Part shown: piece by piece, positions 12,609 through 20,775 of the stretch | How the letters are laid out: every line of letters begins with the position of its first letter | Position numbering within the stretch: the first letter of the stretch is position 1 | NCBI GenBank assembly: GCA_965233585.1 | Contig: CBDDTI010000246.1 | Span: 1 to 20,775, forward strand | Direction of reading: 5' to 3' | Length of the DNA stretch: 20,775 nucleotides | From: a bacterium | GTDB taxonomy: Bacteria; SAR324; NAC60-12 | Translations under genes and position numbers: made by a program | The notes under the pieces: model-generated | What the model saw: only the letters and a program-made list of their open reading frames with translations | What the model was told of the DNA's origin: nothing | The model's database searches: none

Positions 12609-14179
12609 GAATCTTCAAAAGTACCGCCCACTCTTGTCAGTGAAATCCTCCAAATAAATTCCAGGTGAAGATAATGAGAAAGAGGAGTTCTAACAATTGC
12701 TCTGTTCACAGATCACAACTGCCTCCAGGTCTTGTCTTAAGAAATAACACAGATATATATAGAGAAATAATTAGTTTGTTGATCATTTTGTGAACCTCAG
12801 TGATCATCACTGTTTTCTTAGCTCCCCAATTGATTTGAATCTTCAAAAGAACCGCACATTCTTATGAACGTAAACGAAATTCTCCAAATAAATTCCAGGT
12901 GAAGATAACTAGGATGAAGAGTTCAAATGATTGCTCTGTTCACAGATCACAACTGCCTCCAGCAAAACCCTTATATCTTGAAATTGGACAACATTAGACA
13001 AAAACGTATTTTATATAAACGAATCAGAAGAAATGTCCGCATGAAGATACAGATGAAGATTTATTTACTACGTGAAATGCTATGTAAAGACTTGCGTTTT
13101 AGGTAAAAATTTCAGTACAAATATATTCTTCATTCAGACGATAAACACTTCACGTATATAGGTGGGAAACCAAAGATACCTAACAGTCTCTGATGGGAGT
13201 TGTTTGCTGATCATTTATAAAAGCACAAAAATACTGCTGACTTCTCAGATTCTTGTTGAGAGAAAATTACGGCAGAACTCTTCGACAAACACCCTAGTTT
13301 TCCGAATTTCCATAATTTCGTCGTCTTCAAAGTCTACACGACTCCCGTTCATGAGTCATTGGCCTTACTTTCAAGGATTGACTTAAAGCTGTAGTCTCAG
13401 GTCCCTTTCATGAGTCATAAAAAGTGGTCCAAACACGTAGCTTTTTTTTGTCCTTTTTTAGCGACCAAAAATGGGGAAGCGCAAGCACTCTCTGAAGGGG
13501 TGAGTGGTCGTTTACCCAACTGAGATTTAGATTGAGGGCAGTCTGAATTTCCAGGCATGACGATCGACAAATATAAAAGCACAAGTTGTTGTCTTTTTCT
13601 TGTCCTTTTTTGGCCACCAAAAATGGGGAAGTGCAAGCGCTCTCTGAAGGGGTGAGTGGCTGTTTACTGTGATTTAAATGAAGAGCAGTCCGAATTCCGA
13701 ATTCCCCTCGATCATGATCAATTTTTTTGAAGTTGTAGGCTCAGTTCCCCTTCATCAGCCTTCTCATCGGACACAAACTGATTCAATTCAAAATGTTCAA
13801 CAAACACTTCACGCATATAGGTGGGAAATCAAAGACACCTAACAGTCTCTTCTGGGAGTTGGTCTTGTCTTAAGAATATGGTTTGCTAATAATCAAAAAA
13901 AAAAGCTGCTCAGTTCTCAGTTTCTTGTTGAGAGGAAATTACGGCAGCACTCTCCGAAAACACGTTAGTTTTCATGGTCAGTCCAAATTTCCATAATTTC
14001 TTAGTCTTTGAAGTTGTGTAGTATTCTCCCGTTCACGAGTCTTTGGCCTTCATTTCAACGATCGACTTAAAGCTGTAGTCTCAGGTCCTGTTCACGAGTC
14101 GCTGGCCTTCCCTCGAACACTATCAATTTTTTTGAAGTTGTAGGCTCAGTTCCTCTTTGTTGGCCTTCTCATCAGACAC
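12609..14179. repeat. Patchwork of diverged direct duplications
   Basis: Approximate pairs: 12609-12728 with 12837-12962; 13143-13413 with 13802-14100; 13445-13550 with 13603-13700; 13718-13772 with 14123-14179. Confidence 0.8.
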
Positions 14180-14781
14180 GTCTATTAATTTTCAAAAAAA
14201 TATATAAAATTTTTATTTAGTAAAAAGTGCCAGAAATGAAAAATATGAGTTTATATCCACTACATACACAGTACAATAGCATTACGCGTCCTGCTCAGGT
14301 TTCGATATTTTTGTAGGTAGCGTTGCGATCACCATGCACTTCCTTTAACCAACTGGATGGATAGACATGGATAGGGAAATTCATTTATTATAGTATTTTG
14401 TTAATGTCTTCTTTTTAATGTGTAATATGAAAAAAGGCCAATTTATAGAAAATTTGGCCTAATAAGCTGGAAACATTTTTTTCAAAAAGTTGTGTCGTTT
14501 CTAATACAGAACAGGTTATATTAATAACTTTTCTTTAAAAAACTAATCATAGAAAAATCATTGTAATAGGTAGGAAAGATTTTTGAAGCAAAGTTGTCCT
14601 ACCTAAACTATGTGGCGTCATCTCTTGCATTATCCAATCATTAAAAATCTGTTTTTGCCCACGAGGAATTGCCTGCTGAGTGAAGGAAAGGACGTAATTT
14701 AGACTGCTAGGCAGATTGCTTGACGTGTTTGTCAAAAAATTGTATCATATGCTGACCACAATTGCGTTTTTGATGGCATTA

Positions 14782-14878
14782 CCGTATTTTTCGGACTATA
14801 AGGCGCACGTAAAATCCTTATATTTAATTTTTAAAAATCGTTAATGCGCCTTATATTCCAATGCGCCTTATGTATGAA
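14782..14878. mobile_element. Terminal fragment of a pogo/Tc2-like element
   Basis: TA|CCGTATTTTTCGGACTATAAGGCGCAC with two subterminal TGCGCCTTAT motifs; no partner end seen. Confidence 0.65.
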
Positions 14879-15039
14879 CAGTTTTAGTATTTTCCCCTCT
14901 ATATATATGATATATATGATTTAGTGAAAACTGTCGAGCTCATACTGTGTGCTCATAGAATATATATGAATATATAGAATATACGTGAATATATATTTCA
15001 GTTTATATAAAATAGGAGCGCAACAGTCAACAGTGTATA

Positions 15040-16420
15040 TGTCACGCTCAATGTGAATAATTGCCTAATGTGAACATTAGGCAGAAATTTTGCCTAATGT
15101 GCACATTGGGCAAAATGGCTTGCCTAATGTTAATTACTGTCAACATTAAGCAAATAATTGTCTAATGTTCACATTAAGCAGCACTGTTTTGCCCAATGTG
15201 AATAAGGCTGCCTAATGTGAACAGATGGGAACTAAATTTACGTAACGTTGACCTCCGGCACATTTTTGCTAGAGAGCACAATTGAACAATTTAAGTGCGA
15301 AAGTTATAATATTTCATAAATAATTTAAGAACTAGCTTTAAATTGACAAAGAAATCACGCAAACAGAACCATCAAATTGTTTAGCAGTCAATGAAAGTTT
15401 TTTATAAATTCTTTCATGTGATGCCAGGGTGACAGCGTGAGTTGCATAACATTTTCTGTCTCTTGCAGCTGCATCTTCCTGACATACACTGTGTTTTGCA
15501 CTGACATTTCACGAATCCCTGACCACCTGAAGCCTTTGCTGTTGCAGTAGATAGACTACTGCACTCCTGTGATAGACTCCTGTCAGGAACCTCATCTGGT
15601 TTAATCAAAACCTGATCTATAGCACTTAGGCCAACTGCTGTAAATTTTGCTCTCAGAATTCCCTCGCAGCAGCCTACAGTATACAGTCCGTCATGTTCAT
15701 TCAAGACGACCACAAGAATATTTTTTGGATCAGATGGGCCACGATCTACATCTGGAATCCTCAGCGTTGCACACTGCCCAACAAATAATGGCCTAATCAA
15801 GTGTTTTCCACGATATATCATTCTATCTGCAGCCTTGGACTGTCCTTTATCAGCTGTAACACGGACCTCATGAAAAGATTCAATATGTGTCTCAAATTCT
15901 TCTTCTAACTCTGTTGCAGTTTCTTCCTCTCTCTCAGCTGTCATGGATACAGCCTCTATAACTGTAGTATCTGTTCCTGTCTCATTTTCTGTTCCTGTTG
16001 CAGTTTCTTCATCTCTCTCTGCTGTCGCGGATACAGCCTCCATAACTGTCTCATCTTCTGTTCCTGTTGCAGTTTCTTCATCTCTCTCTGCTGTCGCGGA
16101 TACAGCCTCCATAACTGTCCTACATTCTGCTACAAATGTCTCAAGTTCCTCTTCAGTGGTTATTTCACAAAGAGCATGTTTTTTGAGTTGCATGAGTTGC
16201 AGAGAGCAACTCATTTCTGAGTTGCAGCAATGCGACCGTCTTCACTCTAGCTACCAGTCTTCCATTCTGTTCACATTAGGCAAAATGCACCTGCCTAATC
16301 TGAAAGCCCTGCTTAATGTGAACATTAGGCAATTTTTTGCTTAATGTTGACAGTAATTAACATTAGGCAAAATTTCTGCCTAATGTTCACATTAGGCAAT
16401 TATTCACATTGAGCGTGACA
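15040..16420 (-). mobile_element. Ginger2/TDD-like DNA transposon, internal-deletion derivative (1381 bp)
   Basis: TATA|TGTCACGC...GCGTGACA|TATA; 61-bp perfect TIR (15040-15100 / 16360-16420) extending imperfectly to ~15228/16262 with many GCCTAATGT motifs; TGT..ACA termini and 4-bp TSD; internal ORF resembles the C-terminus of Ginger2/KRBA2/SCAND3-like integrases. Confidence 0.78.
15414..16214 (-). pseudogene. C-terminal remnant of a Ginger2/KRBA2-like transposase (266-aa open frame, no DDE core)
   Basis: FVGQCATLRIPDVDRGPSDPKN..YTVG..G and GGQGFVKCQCKTQCMSGRCSCKRQKMLCNSRCH Cys-rich tail; acidic 23-aa repeats near the N-terminus; integrase core absent. Confidence 0.72.
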
Positions 16421-16485
16421 TATATATATATATAGAACTGTGAATATATATTCACAGTTCTATGAGCTCAACAGTTTACATAAAA

Positions 16486-16977
16486 CTAGCAGACCCATTG
16501 CAGCATTATGCTGCCGCCTTTTAAAAGCTTTAAAAGGCTTCACCATCCTGCCAGCAAATGTCCCTCCAGTAAATATCCCTTCAGCAAAACTGCGGTTTTT
16601 GCATAACAATAATTTCTTTTTTTTTTTGCTTGCTGTCCTTCTCAGTTGACCAACTCACCACAACTGATCAAGAAACAGCTGAGAAGGGATCATGCAGCTT
16701 AATCCAAAACAACATATTACTGAATCCTCCTCACAAATGCGCAACGTCAACCCGTCCCATGCATAGCAATCAAAACAAAAACACAGGAACCGGTTACTTA
16801 ATAAATTAACAAAATTGAATAATTAGCATTATTTTAATTAATGAATGGCTAATTTTTTCTGCCAGAAACCATCTTCAAGGCTGCCTGAAACTTTGCAGAT
16901 AAATGAAATTGCGATAGGCCTTTAGTGCTTCGCGGCCATCGATTATAAAGAAATTGATTTTGCTTTATATATATTAA
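16486..16977 (-). mobile_element. Non-autonomous Helitron copy 1 (492 bp)
   Basis: On the - strand it ends in a GC hairpin then GGGTCTGCTAG|T; the 5' end reads TAATATATATAAAGC; head-to-tail with copy 2. Confidence 0.72.
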
Positions 16978-17407
16978 CTAGCAGACCCCTTGCAGCGCTA
17001 TGCTGCTGCCTTTTAAAGGCTTTAAAAGGCTTCACCATCCTGCCAGCAAATGTCCCTCCAGTCAACATCCCTTCAGCAAAACTGCGGTTTTTGCATAACA
17101 ATAATTTCTTTTTCTTTGCTTGCTGTCCTTCTCAGTTGACCAACTCACCACAACTGATCAAGAAACAGCTGAGAAGGGATCATGCAGCATCATCCAAAAC
17201 AACTTATTACCGAATCCTTCTCACAAATGCGCAAGGTCAACCCGTCCCATGCATAGCAATCAAAACAAAAACACAGGAACCGGTTACTTAAAAAATCAAC
17301 AAAATTGAATATTGGCATTATTTTAATTAATGAATGGCTAATTTTTTATGCCAGAAACCATCTTCAAGGCCGCCTGAAACTTTGCAGATAAATGAAATTG
17401 CGATAGG
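16978..17407 (-). mobile_element. Non-autonomous Helitron copy 2 (5'-truncated)
   Basis: Direct repeat of 16486-16918 at 492-nt spacing; same hairpin/CTAG end. Confidence 0.72.
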
Positions 17408-17446
17408 TCTGCAAAGTTTCAGGCGGCCTTGAAGATGGTTTCTGGC

Positions 17447-18570
17447 CAGGCATTCAGACGTTCCTTTTTTTAAAGGAATCGTTCAAGTAACAGTTCCTTC
17501 GTCAAAATTCAGGAACTGTTACTTTTTCCGCTCCTTTTTTCCTGGAACAGTTACTTTTCACGTTCCTTTTCCAGTTCCTTTACACTCACCAGATTCAAAA
17601 CCAGCCCTTTAGCAAAAACCCAGCTCTTGTATATTCTGAGATTAATTTTACTGCAGTATTGAATTATTTGGTATTTTATTATTATAATATTTACTTAATT
17701 TTATAAAAGAACATTTCTCATAATAAATATTAGTATTTTAAACTAATTATATTACTTGATTGCAAAAGTTTGTTCACAAAAGAACAAAAACAGGGACTAT
17801 TTTAGTAGTGGCTGATGCATTAAGACCATTAGCGCCACCTGTTGTTTACACAGGGACAAGGTGCAAGCAGAGATCTCTTTGGATGCAAGGAAACATGGAA
17901 GGGAGCACAAGGAGTAGCACAGACAGGCAGTGCACAGTGCACACTGAACACCCACCCCCACTCTGCCTCTTACCAGCCAGTCTCCTACACAGTGTATTCT
18001 GCAATAATTGGATGCAAACCTTGCACCCAAAGACATTTTTGCTTGCACCCTGTCCCTGTGTAAACAACAGGTGGCGCTAATGGTCTTAATGCATCAGCCA
18101 CTACTAAAATAGTCCCTGTTTTTGTTCTTTTGTGAACAAACTTTTGCAATCAAGTAATATAATTAGTTTAAAATACTAATATTTATTATGAGAAATGTTC
18201 TTTTATAAAATTAAGTAAATATTATAATAATAAAATACCAAATAATTCAATACTCTAGTAAAATGGTTAATCACAGAATAGACTGTGTGTCAGGCTGGCT
18301 GTTAGTCGAAACAGTGGTAGTGTGGGGTGTACTTTACCTGCCAATCTCTCTTCTTCCGCATTTTTTTGTGGAGGACTATGTATACAATTCAAATTAATGG
18401 CGCGAGATTATACCTTTATATACGTAAAAAGGAACTGAACGTGAAGACCTAAATTTCGCCTCGTTCCTTGTTCAGTTCAGTTCAGTTCCTTTTAAAAAAA
18501 AGTAACGGTTCCAAAAAAAAAGGAATCGTTACTTTTTCGTTCAGTTCCTTCGTTCAGTTCCAAATGCCTG
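17447..18570. mobile_element. Non-autonomous hAT-type element (1124 bp)
   Basis: Perfect 8-bp TSD TTTCTGGC (17439-17446 and 18571-18578); CAGGCATT...AATGCCTG termini; many subterminal GTTCC/GGAAC motifs. Confidence 0.88.
17655..18254. repeat. Long inverted repeat with 204-bp apparently identical arms
   Basis: 17655-17858 pairs with 18051-18254; imperfect pairing extends inward to 17890/18019 and outward to ~17629/18283. Confidence 0.92.
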
Positions 18571-18702
18571 TTTCTGGCAGAAAAAATTAGCCATTCATTA
18601 ATTAAAATAATGCTAATTATTCAATTTTGTTAATTTATTAAGTAACCGGTTCCTGTGTTTTTGTTTTGATCGCTATGCATGGGACGGGTCAACGTTGTGC
18701 AT

Positions 18703-19061
18703 AGTCTTTGGGCATCAAGCTTCAGTAAATATGCAAGAGATGGTGCTGACTGTCAAGTTTAGGGGGTAACTTTAGGGGTAAAATTGATTTTTGTATTTAG
18801 TGTAACTTTTAGATAAAGCTGCCTATGTGGCTGGTTTTTGTTCTTAGAACTATTTGAACAGCTTTAAAAACTTCTATTTAGAATGAAAATGATCTTTTTA
18901 TCATTTTTTAAGAGAAAAGTTGAGTTTGACTTTTACTAAGTAAGCAAGTACTAAGTAAGTATGTACTAAGCAAGTTTTACTTCTACTAATTTAGCAAGGT
19001 TTCCAGTGCCATCTACGAGGAGAAAAAATCTTCTGAAATCGACAGCTGATCCCCAAAGACT
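18703..19061. mobile_element. 359-bp MITE with short TIRs and a 2-bp AT duplication
   Basis: AT|AGTCTTTGGGCATCAAGCT ... AGCTGATCCCCAAAGACT|AT; the empty site (GC-AT-TTGTGAG) is visible in Helitron copies 1 and 2. Confidence 0.82.
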
Positions 19062-20775
19062 ATTTGTGAGGAGGATTCAGTAATATGTTGTTTTGGATTA
19101 AGCTGCGTGATCCCTTCTCAGCTGTTTCTTGATCAGTTGTAGTGAGTTGGTCAACTGAGAAGGACAGCAAGCAAAGAAAAAGAAATTAATGTTGTGCAAA
19201 AACTGAAAGGATGTTTACTGGAGGGACATTTGCTGGCAGGATGGTGAAGCCTTTTAAAGCCTTTAAAAGGCAGCAGCATAGCGCTGCAACGGGTCTGCTA
19301 GTTCATCTATATACCGAAAAATCTTTTGCCCTTCTTTTTAGGGCATTAGCAGTGCCAACAAAGTGGCAACAGATGCTGTTTCTGAGTTCATTTGGGATGG
19401 AAAAAATGCACTACCTTCGTTGATGTGGCCATAGTTAGTCCCTTGAAGTAACATTCCTTGGATTAAATGAACAATTCCTTGGAATTTTTTGATCAGCTCA
19501 CTTTTCTCTCGATCAAGGATCTGGACATGATGACTCGACATTAATGTTCAAACCAATCTTTTCAATGATACTTGATATTTTTGATTGTTTTCAAGTTTCT
19601 TTCCAAGGAAATGGCAGCTCAGCAGGACTTCTTTCGGTGAATATGCTTCTTTAAGATTCCTTGCAACCCTATCTATGCAAGAAAGATTGTCTGCGAAGAT
19701 TTTCCTTGAGGGGAAAAGAGGACATTTTGAAGATCAAGTTTCATTTTTCAAAGTTAAGGCAATATGTACTTGCTGGGCATAGATATCTCATTCAAAAATT
19801 TTTGTTTGGTCTTGCATTTCCTTCAAGATGAAAATGGAAAGGGTTTTTAAAGCGGAAAATTTGTTGAAATCGTATCAGAATGACATTGCAAAACAGTTTC
19901 CCTTGTTTTCCAAAAAGTTCATTGAAGTTTTTTGCGCCCATTTGTTCTTGAAATTGAGTTGTTGATGATGCTAGGTCTAAGAATACAACGAATGCACTCA
20001 AGATGAAATTCTAAACCAAACCATATTTTTTACATTTCAAAGAAAGGGGAATACTGAGTAGCACTGACCCCTTCGTCATCCTAATAAGGTGCAGAAAGCC
20101 ATTGAAAATTGCGGTTTAGATAAAAGGATCTTGTTATGAGGAGAAATCTCACGAGCAGCAATGAATGTCGCTTGGATTTTTGTTGACAATGGTCTTTTGA
20201 AACACCGCTTAATTTCCAGCCTATGAACTCAATCATATAGCGGAAATTTTCACCCTCTTTTAGTGGATTAAAAAGTCAACAGGTGGCCTGTTATAGGCAC
20301 TAAGGACTTTTTCTTTTCTTTTTATTTGCGAATGAACATTTTTAAATCACCAGCCGCTCTGCTTAGCACGAAAAATGAAACAATAGCAAATAGAGCCAAG
20401 TAAGAAAAAAGACCAAAGATAGCATTTCTGTCGATTTTCTTCTTTGGTCTGGTGCAGGTTCTCTTACAAAAGGGTATAATGGTCAGTCAATAACAAGATA
20501 CCAGGAATTATTTTTTTTCCGCTCATTCCCTTTTGGTCTTCATAAAGGTATGAGGTCCGATTGGCAGGAGCTAATTTGAACGTTTTGGGTGGTCAATTTC
20601 TTGCTTAAAAAAATGAAAAAACTTCCAAAGTACAAGTAGGTTTCGAAAAAAATGTTGGTGAAATCCCAAACAGCGTTTTGTCATATCAATAAAATCCTCC
20701 GGTGATAAGAAGTAACATTCCTTCTTGTAGAGGATTATTTTTGCCCCCATCATAAATAAGGGAGGCCCATTTTCT

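Larger units (their letters stand above)
17408..19301 (+). mobile_element. Non-autonomous Helitron copy 3, inverted and split by two insertions (pieces 17408-17446, 18571-18702, 19062-19301)
   Basis: Reverse complement of copies 1 and 2; GCAGC-atagc-GCTGC hairpin (19273-19287), 10-nt spacer, CTAG (19298-19301) then T, a canonical Helitron 3' end. Confidence 0.75.

Noticed and set aside
15943..16344. 133-aa + strand ORF
   Set aside because: Antisense shadow of the acidic repeats in the Ginger-like ORF, running into the TIR.
18759..18780. TTTAGGGG repeats resembling telomeric sequence
   Set aside because: Only two spaced copies, inside a MITE; not a telomeric array.
16440..19423. Short ORFs in the Helitron, hAT and inverted-repeat region
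   Set aside because: They lie in non-coding repeats, differ by frameshifts between copies or mirror each other across the palindrome; no Rep/helicase or transposase motifs.
19338..20753. Possible degraded - strand coding sequence (VFLDL and IFADN faintly recall reverse transcriptase motifs)
   Set aside because: Frequent stops and frame changes, and the motif context is unconvincing; a translated profile search would be needed to call it.

Overview
AT-rich eukaryotic (probably invertebrate) genomic DNA. Bases 1 to ~7325 are the right-hand part of a Polinton/Maverick (adintovirus-like) endogenous element with four tightly packed + strand genes. (1) A protein-primed family-B DNA polymerase, 5'-truncated by the window edge. 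It looks broken into five ORFs but reassembles exactly into a frame of at least 1048 aa after removing four short GT-AG spliceosomal introns, three of which fall in or at the edge of catalytic motifs. (2) An A32/FtsK-like packaging ATPase. (3) A 117-aa basic protein ending in QRGG plus a hydrophobic helix. (4) A 708-aa C2H2-finger protein with ~4.6 copies of an 86-aa Lys/Arg-rich repeat. A hairpin-rich 61-bp tandem array follows and is a likely terminal region. The rest of the window (7326-20775) is a nest of non-autonomous transposons: pogo/Tigger ends, a TTAA piggyBac-type element, TA-flanked Tc1/mariner MITEs, a Ginger2-like deletion derivative, three Helitron copies, a hAT element with an 8-bp TSD and an AT-TSD MITE, plus tandem and inverted repeats. 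No integrase, capsid or protease gene lies inside the window, and no host gene was recognised. All calls come from manual reading; no database searches were run.
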